47,024 bases of DNA, taken from Nanobdellota archaeon (GTDB lineage: Archaea; Aenigmatarchaeota; Aenigmatarchaeia; QMZP01). Numbering within the stretch: the stretch's first letter is position 1; each line of letters starts with the position of its first letter. Positions 18,089 through 26,992 of this stretch are shown one piece after another. The translations under genes were made by a program, and so were the position numbers. The stretch covers positions 1-47,024 of the forward strand of contig JBDRJQ010000037.1 in the NCBI GenBank assembly GCA_043814765.1, read 5' to 3'. Below the pieces are notes generated by a model that ran no database searches, was not told where the DNA came from, and saw only the letters and a list, made by a program, of their open reading frames with translations.

Positions 18089-19225
18089 TCAAACAACCAA
18101 AAGTGCCAGTGCCATTATTCCAGCAAAAGCGAACGCAAAGGTGAATATGTTAGTTGTCAAAAACAAAGCAATTAACAACAAAATAAACAGCAATGTAAGT
18201 CTTCCTGTTTGAAGTCTAACTTCCCTTGAAACTACCATTGAAAGCGGATTGCGTTTTGAGAGCTTGGAAAACATTGCGAATATAGGCACGTCTATTAGAG
18301 CCAATGAAAGCCCTCCCAACAGTGATAATAGGAATATTTCCATCGGTGACGATGCGAATATTCTAGTAAACCACACAACTGCGAATATTACGCTGCCAAT
18401 TTTTATTATATTATTCTTGTCAACTTTATCACTCATCCTTCCAATAAAAACAGTGAAGATGGCAATGCCAAGAACATTCAAAGTTCCTGCTATGCCAACA
18501 GATACCAAATCTCCTAATACCATGAATATGTATATGGGCCAGACAACACCTTCTACTATCCAGAAAACACCCTGTATAAAAAATCTGTTTGAGAATTCTT
18601 TGGCTCTTTTCAGAGGCTTTTCTTTTCTTATGTTATAATTAAAGTTTATGAGGCACTCTCCTGTAAAGGACAAAGGAATAACAGATATGGCTGTCAATAA
18701 CATAACCAGTATCAGAACAGAGTGAAATCCAAAATATTCTAGCATTATACCTCCTAGAATAGGAGCAAATATGACAAAGATATTTGGTATAGCAGATAAA
18801 TAGCTTGACTGTGATCCAACCTTTTTGCTATCTGCATTTTTACAGAATTCTGAATTTAGTGGAGTCCAATAAAAAGCTGTTGATGTTCCTGCTAATATGG
18901 CTGCTGCATAAAGAAAGGCTGGATGCAAAAACTCTAAGTTAGTTAGCAAGAACAGAAAAGAGATTAATATAGGAACTCTCAATACTATTGTTCTTTTGAT
19001 GCCTATTTTAGATGATATATGAGCAGCAAAAAATATCATTATCCAAGCTGTTCCCCATAAAAAAATCAGGTAAACAAAAACTTCTGGTAAAGTAAAACTC
19101 ATCTTCAAAAGATATATCGGAATGAATATACCAATTAACGAAATAGCAAAAAGATCTATTATTCTGTTGATATAAAGTTCCTTTAATTCTACATTGCCTT
19201 TGAATATTTTGCTGAAATCGTACAT
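18089..19225 (-). CDS. MFS transporter
   Basis: About 12 TM helices; motif A-like ISSKIGIKR and GRMSDKVDK; APILGG. Confidence 0.85.
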   Translation of the reverse strand: MYDFSKIFKGNVELKELYINRIIDLFAISLIGIFIPIYLLKMSFTLPEVFVYLIFLWGTAWIMIFFAAHISSKIGIKRTIVLRVPILISFLFLLTNLEFLHPAFLYAAAILAGTSTAFYWTPLNSEFCKNADSKKVGSQSSYLSAIPNIFVIFAPILGGIMLEYFGFHSVLILVMLLTAISVIPLSFTGECLINFNYNIRKEKPLKRAKEFSNRFFIQGVFWIVEGVVWPIYIFMVLGDLVSVGIAGTLNVLGIAIFTVFIGRMSDKVDKNNIIKIGSVIFAVVWFTRIFASSPMEIFLLSLLGGLSLALIDVPIFAMFSKLSKRNPLSMVVSREVRLQTGRLTLLFILLLIALFLTTNIFTFAFAFAGIMALALLVV

Positions 19226-19256
19226 GTACTATTGTTAGTTTAACCAGAATAAAATA

Positions 19257-19568
19257 CTACTTCTTTTTCGTTTTAGCCGGAGCTTTTTCTAAAGGCTTTT
19301 TAGCTTCTTTTTCGAGAATTTCTATATTTTTGCTTAGTACAGTTCCAGGCAATCCTTTACTGAATCTTGCTCTTAATACACCACTGTTGCCATGTGTTTG
19401 GGTTATCTTTCCGTAAATTTTCTTACCAGCTGTACTTTGCCATAAAACACGTCTTCCTATAAACTGTGAAGCCATTGCACGTGTATCAACTCCAGGTAAT
19501 TCTAGCAAAAACTGGTTGGTCGTCTGTGTGTGTCTTCCTCTCCTGAAACTCAACACTATAGCTCGCAT
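19257..19568 (-). CDS. rpl35ae: 50S ribosomal protein L35Ae (eL33) with a basic C-terminal extension
   Basis: SFRRGRHTQ, IGRRVLW, GKITQTHGNSGVLRARFSKGLPG. Confidence 0.93.
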   Translation of the reverse strand: MRAIVLSFRRGRHTQTTNQFLLELPGVDTRAMASQFIGRRVLWQSTAGKKIYGKITQTHGNSGVLRARFSKGLPGTVLSKNIEILEKEAKKPLEKAPAKTKKK

Positions 19569-19604
19569 AAACACTATTTATCTTCTATATATTAATAAAT
19601 ACAT

Positions 19605-19892
19605 ATGGAAGTTGATGCAGTCTTCAAAGTAAAAGTGAAACCAAATGCAAAGGAATTCAGAATAAGAGTAAAAGAACTCACACTGTTTGTAGATGTTGTT
19701 TCTGCAGCTCAAGAAGGGGGTGCGAACAGAGAATTACTCAAAGAGCTTAAGAAAATCTTTAAGAGAGAAGTTTTTTTAGTAAGAGGTCATAAGAGTAAGG
19801 AAAAGGTTATTCTAGTTAAAAATTTGATGCCAGAAGACGCTGAAGCAATTCTAAATAGTTGCGAACGACTCAAGGAACCATCCACCGAATAA
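19605..19892 (+). CDS. DUF167 (YggU-like) protein
   Basis: VKVKPNAK, EGGANREL, GHKSKEK. Confidence 0.85.
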   Translation: MEVDAVFKVKVKPNAKEFRIRVKELTLFVDVVSAAQEGGANRELLKELKKIFKREVFLVRGHKSKEKVILVKNLMPEDAEAILNSCERLKEPSTE

Positions 19893-20342
19893 ACTTCCTA
19901 CATAAGCTGCTATTGCAAACTGTATAAACCTGCCTATTATGCAAACAACAAGGAATTTCTTAAAATTAAGCTTGAAAATACCTGCTGCCCAGGCAAACAC
20001 TTTGAATGGTATTGGTGTGAATGCAGCTATAAGAACTGCCCATGCACCATATTTATCAAACCACTTCTCTACACCACCCATATGTTTCTTGAAAAGTCTG
20101 TCAGCACCTTTACGGCCAAGTAAATGCCCTAAACCATAACCTATCACAGCGCCTATAACAGAGGCTATTGTGGCAATAATTGTTATTAGTAATGGATTAA
20201 CGCCAAGTGCTGCTGCTGGTGCAATAAAAACAGCAGTTGGTACTGGAAATATGAACGATTCGAGAAGAGATACTATAAATGTACCGGTCAAACCATATTG
20301 TGCAACAAATGCCTGTGACCACAAAACAAGTTCTGCAAACAT
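19851..20342 (-). CDS. DedA/VTT (YqaA-like) membrane protein
   Basis: ESFIFPVP, GAVIGYGLG, FDKYG, FTPIPFKVFAWAAG, GRFIQF. Confidence 0.9.
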   Translation of the reverse strand: MFAELVLWSQAFVAQYGLTGTFIVSLLESFIFPVPTAVFIAPAAALGVNPLLITIIATIASVIGAVIGYGLGHLLGRKGADRLFKKHMGGVEKWFDKYGAWAVLIAAFTPIPFKVFAWAAGIFKLNFKKFLVVCIIGRFIQFAIAAYVGSLFGGWFLESFATI

Positions 20343-20395
20343 ATACAACTATTTGTTTCCGGAAGACTTAAATCTCTTATTTTCAAAGATTTAAA

Positions 20396-20851
20396 ATGAA
20401 GGCTTTAAGCTCTGCGAAATTTTTGAAGAAAGAATCAGTAACGCTCACTCTTAAAAAAACATACGAAAATAAATTTGCTCATTTTTCTGATTCTAAGGGA
20501 AGCGGAGCAACAAGTGATTATGAACGCGGAAGCGTTTCTTATAAACTTGATTGGAACGTTTTTGAATCAAACAAAGCCCCTAAAGAAATGAGCATGAATT
20601 ACATTTTATCAGACAAACAACAATGCATCAAAGAATATGATGAATTTGAACTTCGGTTTGCATGGATATCAGGTAAAACAGTCGGATATTCAGATAAGAG
20701 CATTGTAAAAGGCGAGAATTGGACAGTTATCTGTAGAATCAGTACAGATGAATTCACACGATTAGAAGGAAGGTCTATAGAAGAAATAATTGAAGAGCAA
20801 CTATCACGGGATTATAAACCGCTCTGGTTTTATTGTAAAAACTCTTTTTAA
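20396..20851 (+). CDS. Hypothetical protein
   Basis: 151-aa ORF filling the gap with normal composition; no motif recognised. Confidence 0.55.
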   Translation: MKALSSAKFLKKESVTLTLKKTYENKFAHFSDSKGSGATSDYERGSVSYKLDWNVFESNKAPKEMSMNYILSDKQQCIKEYDEFELRFAWISGKTVGYSDKSIVKGENWTVICRISTDEFTRLEGRSIEEIIEEQLSRDYKPLWFYCKNSF

Positions 20852-22092
20852 TCTCCGGCTAAAAGTTCTTCTGCGAACTTATCGGGTTTGAATATCTCAA
20901 TATCCTGATATTCTTGTCCTGTTCCCAAAAATAATATTGGTTTCTTGATTGCCTGGCAAACCGATAGTATGGACCCACCCTTACTGTTTACATCAGTTTT
21001 AGTTAACACAACAGCATCTACACCAACTGCTTCGTTAAACGCTTTTGCCTGCTCAACAGAATCATTTCCTGTTAACGAATCTACAACCAAAACTTTCATC
21101 TGAGGGTTGTTGACTCTAACAACCTTTTTTATTTCATCCATAAGGTTCTTGTCTGCATGGGATCTTCCTGCTGTATCTGCGAGAACAACATCATAGCCAT
21201 TTTTTGAACCATGTTTTATTGCATCGAAAACCACTGCTGCTGCGTCAGCTCCATATTGGTGTTTTATTACTTTAATTTTTAGTTTGTCCGCATGGTGCTC
21301 AAGCTGTTCTATGGAGGCTGCTCTAAAAGTGTCTGCAGCCGCAAGAAGAACGCGGTATCCTTTTTTTGTCAGGAACTGTGCAAACTTTGCAATGCTTGTT
21401 GTTTTACCAGAACCATTAAATCCTAAGAAAATAAAACACGCAGATGTGTTTTGTTTTTTAGCATCTTTTATTAATTTATCAACATCAATCTTGCCTTGAT
21501 CAAGAATGCTTGTTATGCTCTGCTCAAAAGCATTCTTTATTTCTTTACTAGATCCAATACGTTTTGACGCCTTGTTGACAAGACTTTCTTTTAAGTTTTT
21601 TTTCATCTCATCAATAACTTCAAGTGCTATATTTGATTCTAAAAGATCCATCTCAACATCTTTAAAAAAATCATCAATGTCCTTTTCCTTCAATGTTTTC
21701 TGAAACAGTCCTTTTTCCTTGGTCTTTTCTTCAGTTTTGGGTGCAGCCTGAGACGTAGTCTCTTTTTTGGGTTGAACCTTTTCTAAAGGTTCATTTTCTA
21801 AATGTTGCTTTGGAACTTCCCTTTTGGATTCCTTTCTCTTGAATACCCTTTCAAAAAACTTTCCCTTTTTAGGCTCTTCTTCTTTGAATTCCTCTATAAT
21901 CCTTTCCTTTTCTTGAACTTCTTCCTTATACTTTATTTCAGCTTTATGTTTCTCTGGTTTTTTTAGTTCCTTCTTTAGCTTTACATCTGCTTTTTTCCCT
22001 TTGGCTAAAATCTTTTCCAAAGGTTTCTCTTCCACTTTTTTTGTTAAAGCTTTCACAGATTCAGAAAGCCTTTTCTTCAATCCACCGAACAT
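20848..22092 (-). CDS. ftsY: SRP receptor FtsY
   Basis: GFNGSGKTT, AADTFRAA, DTAGR, TKTD...KGG, GTGQ; charged N-terminal region. Confidence 0.96.
   Translation of the reverse strand: MFGGLKKRLSESVKALTKKVEEKPLEKILAKGKKADVKLKKELKKPEKHKAEIKYKEEVQEKERIIEEFKEEEPKKGKFFERVFKRKESKREVPKQHLENEPLEKVQPKKETTSQAAPKTEEKTKEKGLFQKTLKEKDIDDFFKDVEMDLLESNIALEVIDEMKKNLKESLVNKASKRIGSSKEIKNAFEQSITSILDQGKIDVDKLIKDAKKQNTSACFIFLGFNGSGKTTSIAKFAQFLTKKGYRVLLAAADTFRAASIEQLEHHADKLKIKVIKHQYGADAAAVVFDAIKHGSKNGYDVVLADTAGRSHADKNLMDEIKKVVRVNNPQMKVLVVDSLTGNDSVEQAKAFNEAVGVDAVVLTKTDVNSKGGSILSVCQAIKKPILFLGTGQEYQDIEIFKPDKFAEELLAGD
21724..21819. repeat. Palindromic repeat element, copy 2 (in frame inside ftsY)
   Basis: 80/96 identical to 9435-9530. 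Contains the hairpins TGAACCTTT-N3-AAAGGTTCA and GAGAC-N3-GTCTC. Confidence 0.85.
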
Positions 22093-22144
22093 ATTATCTA
22101 ATTAACAAGTTTGTTTCTTATATAAAATAAGTTCTATACTACAG

Positions 22145-22603
22145 CTATTGATTTGGGATACCAAAGCCATATTTTATATTTTCATTCAACTTTTCAATAT
22201 ATTCTTTAACTTTCAAAAATACATCTTCATCAAAATCAAGACAACGACAATCAGAATCTTTATCAGATCCAACACTCTCGTATGAAAACTTTATATAATC
22301 CACGCCCAAAATATCGCCGAGAGTTTTCCTATGATTATTACAATCGTCAATCAAATACCTAACTGGTTTTCCAGTTGGTCGACATATGGCTATACTCATT
22401 GATACGCGATACAGAAAGACAAGTTCATTAGCAATTTCGATTATATCATCATCTGGAACATGGTCAGCTCCCGTACAGGCTTTCGTATGGTAGTCTGATA
22501 TTTTCCCCTCCAAATAATTGCGTCTGGGTTCGAGTATGTTAAAATCCAGACCTTCTGTTGGCAAGGCCAAAATTTCATCAAACCGCTTATCATATTCTGA
22601 CAT
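22145..22603 (-). CDS. Hypothetical protein (acidic)
   Basis: 152-aa ORF; no motif recognised. Confidence 0.55.
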   Translation of the reverse strand: MSEYDKRFDEILALPTEGLDFNILEPRRNYLEGKISDYHTKACTGADHVPDDDIIEIANELVFLYRVSMSIAICRPTGKPVRYLIDDCNNHRKTLGDILGVDYIKFSYESVGSDKDSDCRCLDFDEDVFLKVKEYIEKLNENIKYGFGIPNQ

Positions 22604-22671
22604 GTTTTTAATTTAAAAATTAACTTTAAGAAGCTTTTCTTTTTTTAATACCCTGGCTTATAATAATATAT

Positions 22672-23565
22672 ATGGAATTTCAGCTGAAAGAAAGACACCC
22701 CATAATAAGCATTTTTGTAGGAGCATACTGTGCTATCATAGGCATCATAATAGCTTGGATATTATTCCCTTCCAACACAGGAATAGTGAGTGTTTTCTTC
22801 GCTTCTCTGGCTATGCTGCCTTTCCTGAAGAGAATGCTTCCACTCGAATCTGTTTTCAATAAGAAAAAAAAACAAATAAAGTTTACTGATGTTTTTGGCT
22901 ATTTTAAGAAATTTCTTAACTTTCATAAACTTACTAAGGAATATAAACAAGTTTTAGAGGTCTATATTTTTCTTTTCCTTGGTGTTTTTCTAGTTTTCAC
23001 AATCTTTCAGATGAATTTACCAGAGCCTTATGCACAGAGTTTCTTTACAGAACAAACTAACATACTGCATGGGGCAACAGACTTATCGTTTTTTGGCAAT
23101 GCTGAAAGACCCTTTATGTCGCCCAGCATATCATTGGAAACATTCTATGCAATAATTGCGAATAACATGGTTGTGCTTCTCGTGTCCTTTGTTATAGCTA
23201 TTGTTTATAGGGCAGGCATATTCATAATTGCATGGAATGCATCTGTTTGGGGAGTTATATTCGGTTCTGCTGTCACAGAATCAAGTAAGCTTCTCGGACA
23301 AAATGCCTGGATGCTTTTCGCATTGAGTGTTATTATTATTATTCCTCACATGATAGCTGAAGCATTTGCTTACATATGCGGTGTTGTAGCAGGAAGCTCT
23401 ATCTACATAACATTGTGGAACAATTTGAAAGAAAAGCAAAATTCCATAATAACGACAGATGCTATAAGATTCCTTATTCTAGCTGCAATTTTCATAATAT
23501 TAGGCTCTTTGATAGAGGTATATTTTGCTTTTCCAGCTATAAAACTGGTATTATGGGCAAATTAG
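22672..23565 (+). CDS. SpoIIM/DUF95-family integral membrane protein
   Basis: IIANN, WNASVWG, IPHMIAE, GSLIE motifs; multiple TM helices. Confidence 0.85.
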   Translation: MEFQLKERHPIISIFVGAYCAIIGIIIAWILFPSNTGIVSVFFASLAMLPFLKRMLPLESVFNKKKKQIKFTDVFGYFKKFLNFHKLTKEYKQVLEVYIFLFLGVFLVFTIFQMNLPEPYAQSFFTEQTNILHGATDLSFFGNAERPFMSPSISLETFYAIIANNMVVLLVSFVIAIVYRAGIFIIAWNASVWGVIFGSAVTESSKLLGQNAWMLFALSVIIIIPHMIAEAFAYICGVVAGSSIYITLWNNLKEKQNSIITTDAIRFLILAAIFIILGSLIEVYFAFPAIKLVLWAN

Positions 23566-23606
23566 GCGCTGCTTTTAAATATTTATACTAACGTTTATAG
23601 GAGATT

Positions 23607-24647
23607 ATGAACCCGCATATATTAGAACTTCCTAGGAAAATTGTAGTTGGAAAAAATGTGTTGAAAGAAATAAAAGAGATTTGCAATGAAATCAACGCTA
23701 CAGGCAAGCCAATAGTTTTAACAGGCCCCAATACAAAAGAGATAGCTGGCAACACTATATTAGAAACAATAAAAGACAAAGATCCGTACATTTTTATCAT
23801 AAATAACATAGATAAAGAGAAGCTGGATAGCATTCCAGAAAAGGCTAGAGACGCTGGAATGATAATAAGTGTTGGCGGAGGAAAGATACTGGATTGCGGA
23901 AAGCACCTTTCATCTTTAATGAACATACCTTCAATATCTGTACCCACAGCACCTTCTCATGATGGAATAGCGTCAGAAAGAGCAACACTAGAGCTAGGTG
24001 ATTCTAAATTTTATTCATCCAAAATAAAACCTCCTGAAGCGATAATTTTTGATGTGGATATAATAAAAAATGCTCCATACAGATTAATAGCTTCTGGATG
24101 TGCCGATGTAATAGCTAACGTAGTCTCTGTCTGGGATTGGAAACTGGCTCAAAAAGCAGGCAAACATGAATATTATTCTGGATACGCTGCACAGCTAGCC
24201 CTTCTTTCTAGCGAATTTGTTACCAGATCTGTTAATATGATAAAAAACAGAGAAGAGCGCGGCATAAGAAACCTTATACAGGCTATAATCAGCTCTGGCA
24301 TGTCAATGTCGCTTGCTGGTTCATCTGCACCAGCATCTGGTTCAGAGCACATGTTTTCTCACACTCTTGACAAATTTGGATCCAAAGCACTGCATGGTGA
24401 ACAATGCGGTGTTGGAGCAATTATGATTGCATATCTTCAAAATCAGGATTGGGAAAGGATACGCGAATCCCTTAAAACATTAAACGCTCCGGTAACTGCA
24501 AAGGAGCTTGGTGTTGATGATGAAATGATTATAAAAGCACTGGTTGATGCACCAAACATAAGGGACAGACACACTATTCTAACTGAAAAACCTCTGGATG
24601 AAGAAAAGGCAAGGGACCTTGCCATAAAAACAGGAGTAATAAAATGA
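23607..24647 (+). CDS. egsA: sn-glycerol-1-phosphate dehydrogenase
   Basis: GGGKILD, PTAPSHDGIAS, PASGSEHMFSH, LHGEQ. Confidence 0.95.
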   Translation: MNPHILELPRKIVVGKNVLKEIKEICNEINATGKPIVLTGPNTKEIAGNTILETIKDKDPYIFIINNIDKEKLDSIPEKARDAGMIISVGGGKILDCGKHLSSLMNIPSISVPTAPSHDGIASERATLELGDSKFYSSKIKPPEAIIFDVDIIKNAPYRLIASGCADVIANVVSVWDWKLAQKAGKHEYYSGYAAQLALLSSEFVTRSVNMIKNREERGIRNLIQAIISSGMSMSLAGSSAPASGSEHMFSHTLDKFGSKALHGEQCGVGAIMIAYLQNQDWERIRESLKTLNAPVTAKELGVDDEMIIKALVDAPNIRDRHTILTEKPLDEEKARDLAIKTGVIK

Positions 24648-25450
24648 ATCCTTATATAGAGATACTGAGGCCAAGTGTGTGTTTGATGACGCTTTTAGGC
24701 ATTGTTATAGGCAGTGTTGTTGCAGGCGTTCTGACTTCTCCAATACTCATAGTTCTTGCTGTCATAGCAAGTGTGTTGATAACAGGAGCAGGCAATGCTC
24801 TGAATGATTATTATGATATAGAGACAGACAAAATAAATGCACCTAAGAGGGTTCTGCCGTCAGGAAGAATGAAACCAAAAAATGTACCGCCATATACGTT
24901 TTTGCTTTATAGTTTTGGCATAGTTATATCATTCATTATCAGTTACTGGTTTTTGTTTTTAGCTATTCTAAACGTGTTTATATCAACAGCGTATGCAATG
25001 AAGCTAAAGAAAACTCCTTTAGTTGGCAGCATAGGCGTTTCATGGCTGGGCGCTTCTGCTTTCCTTGCGCCATCACTTTTCTTCAATCCAGCCATAATAT
25101 TAGAAGTTCTTTTGTTATCTTCAATTGCTTTCTTTGGAAGCCTTTCAAGAGAGGTTTTAAAGGCTATCAGAGATGTGGAGGGCGATAAAAAAATAGGAGC
25201 AAAAACCCTGCCTATTGTAATCGGAGAAAAGAAATCCTTTGCTCTGGCAGCTGTTTTTTTGTTAATAGGATGCGTTCTGCTTGCTGTTCCGTTCTTACTA
25301 TCATTGTTTAATGTTTTCTATTTGATAGGAGCTGTTCCTGCAATACTATTATGTTTGTATGCTTTAACACAGAAAGCGCCCAAAGCACAAAAATTGGTTA
25401 AAATCGCTATTTATTTGGTGTTTTTAGGTTTCATGCTGGGTTCTATTTAG
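24644..25450 (+). CDS. UbiA-family prenyltransferase, likely digeranylgeranylglyceryl-phosphate synthase
   Basis: NALNDYYDIETDKIN.P.R.LPSG and REVLKAIRDVEGDK; 4-bp overlap with egsA. Confidence 0.88.
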   Translation: MNPYIEILRPSVCLMTLLGIVIGSVVAGVLTSPILIVLAVIASVLITGAGNALNDYYDIETDKINAPKRVLPSGRMKPKNVPPYTFLLYSFGIVISFIISYWFLFLAILNVFISTAYAMKLKKTPLVGSIGVSWLGASAFLAPSLFFNPAIILEVLLLSSIAFFGSLSREVLKAIRDVEGDKKIGAKTLPIVIGEKKSFALAAVFLLIGCVLLAVPFLLSLFNVFYLIGAVPAILLCLYALTQKAPKAQKLVKIAIYLVFLGFMLGSI

Positions 25451-26316
25451 AATTCGTAGATTTCAGGTCCTATATGACTGAATATAACAACCCTTTTTTT
25501 TATCTCAGGTTCAAGTTTTTTGTGAATCATTGAAAGCTCTTCTTCCCTGTGCTTCTTTATATGTTCTACTTCATCACCACAATAACTCTTGCCATACTGC
25601 AATCCCTGATGAAGAATCATACTCCTCAATGATATGGCAACAAGATATGTGATATCCTTATCACTCCACGTCTTACTCATAGAAGCGTTCTGTGCGTAAA
25701 CAAAACTGTTATTTTTTAATTTTCCTGGCAACCACAGACCATCATTTATCTGACCTTTAGTATGCTTAATAATTATGTTTGCGTTTGGAAGCCCTGGAAA
25801 CTCCTTATTATTTGTTGCCCAATCAGATGAGTAATCGATTAATATATGCACTGTTAAACCTTTGTTTTCACTTGTTTCGTTTTCCAGTATGTTTAGAGAG
25901 TCAAGAAATTCCTTTGCTCCTTCAAACTCAATATTTTCCAGATCCCCTACAAATCTCAATCTTACGCCATTCTCTTTTGCATATTTTCTATAGACATCAA
26001 CTTCCTTTGTAAGCGCAGTTATTATTTCTTTGTAGTTCTCTCTTATCCTGTGAGATTTTCCTGTTGTAAGAACATAAAAATTCTTGCATCCAAGATGGTT
26101 AAGAATATGAATTAATCTTAATACGAACAAACCGCCATCGAAGTATGCTTCCCATCCGCTTAGTTCCGTGGAAGTTCTTGTGCCGTCAGTTAGCTCATAA
26201 ATTACCAAATCCTTTATGTCGCCTCTATTAGCATCTATTCCTATCTGTTTGCAGCACTCTTCGAAAATCTTCTCTGCTTCTTCTTTATTTATCAAATTCT
26301 GAACAGGTAATTCCAT
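25447..26316 (-). CDS. Divergent cis-prenyltransferase (UppS-fold)-like protein
   Basis: TDGTRT (cf. MDGNRR), NGVRLRFVGD, LENETSEN.GLTVHILIDYS, W near the C-terminus. Confidence 0.6.
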   Translation of the reverse strand: MELPVQNLINKEEAEKIFEECCKQIGIDANRGDIKDLVIYELTDGTRTSTELSGWEAYFDGGLFVLRLIHILNHLGCKNFYVLTTGKSHRIRENYKEIITALTKEVDVYRKYAKENGVRLRFVGDLENIEFEGAKEFLDSLNILENETSENKGLTVHILIDYSSDWATNNKEFPGLPNANIIIKHTKGQINDGLWLPGKLKNNSFVYAQNASMSKTWSDKDITYLVAISLRSMILHQGLQYGKSYCGDEVEHIKKHREEELSMIHKKLEPEIKKRVVIFSHIGPEIYEF

Positions 26317-26434
26317 GCCTTCACCTAGTAAAAAAGTATAATAATGGTTTAAAAAGGGAACTGTTTATTCATTACCAAACGAATGATTTAAGCTTAATTC
26401 GAAGCTAATAAATAAACACAGACAAATATTCTAT

Positions 26435-26548
26435 ATGAGAAAAGCCATTGCAAATATAATATCAAATTGGTTTATACTAGGAGCAATAGGGCTTCTTGTA
26501 TTTTTGTTAATAACTATCGTAATGATAACTCAAATATTCTACGGTTAG
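26435..26548 (+). CDS. Very small pilin-like peptide (37 aa, absent from the ORF track)
   Basis: MRKA-IANIISNWFILGAIGLLVFLLITIVMITQIFYG: basic leader + A + hydrophobic helix; first gene of the pilin array. Confidence 0.65.
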   Translation: MRKAIANIISNWFILGAIGLLVFLLITIVMITQIFYG

Positions 26549-26556
26549 TGATTTTT

Positions 26557-26739
26557 ATGAATAAAATAAAATATTTGCTCAAAAGAAAACGGAAAGGAGA
26601 TTCTACTCTCTTTGAAAATATGAATATAATTACAGCACTGATACTCGCTTTGATAGTTATAATTTTAATTATAGCATTCGTGTATACTATCTGGGCTCCT
26701 GGCATAGGAGAGGGCATTGGTAATATTTTTGGAGGTTAG
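26557..26739 (+). CDS. Class III signal peptide pilin-like protein (60 aa)
   Basis: KRKRKG|DSTLFE followed by a long hydrophobic helix. Confidence 0.75.
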   Translation: MNKIKYLLKRKRKGDSTLFENMNIITALILALIVIILIIAFVYTIWAPGIGEGIGNIFGG

Positions 26740-26742
26740 TTT

Positions 26743-26952
26743 ATGAAAAAAATAAAATCTTTTTTGAATAGAAAATTTTCTGGCATGGCACTACAGCAAA
26801 TGCTTTTGTTAGCCTTCACGATTATAATAGCTATTATAGCATTTTCTTTATGGCTAGGTTTTAGTGGAAATCTTGGTCCAGAAGTTAAAGAGGGTATTAC
26901 GACTTGGTACAACAGCATGTTTGGTGATTTTACCGGCACTATTTTTACATAA
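26743..26952 (+). CDS. Class III signal peptide pilin-like protein (69 aa)
   Basis: RKFSG|MALQQ + hydrophobic helix; GGAGGT Shine-Dalgarno. Confidence 0.75.
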   Translation: MKKIKSFLNRKFSGMALQQMLLLAFTIIIAIIAFSLWLGFSGNLGPEVKEGITTWYNSMFGDFTGTIFT

Positions 26953-26992
26953 TATTAATAGTTATTTAAGATGAGAGAAACAATTTAATATC

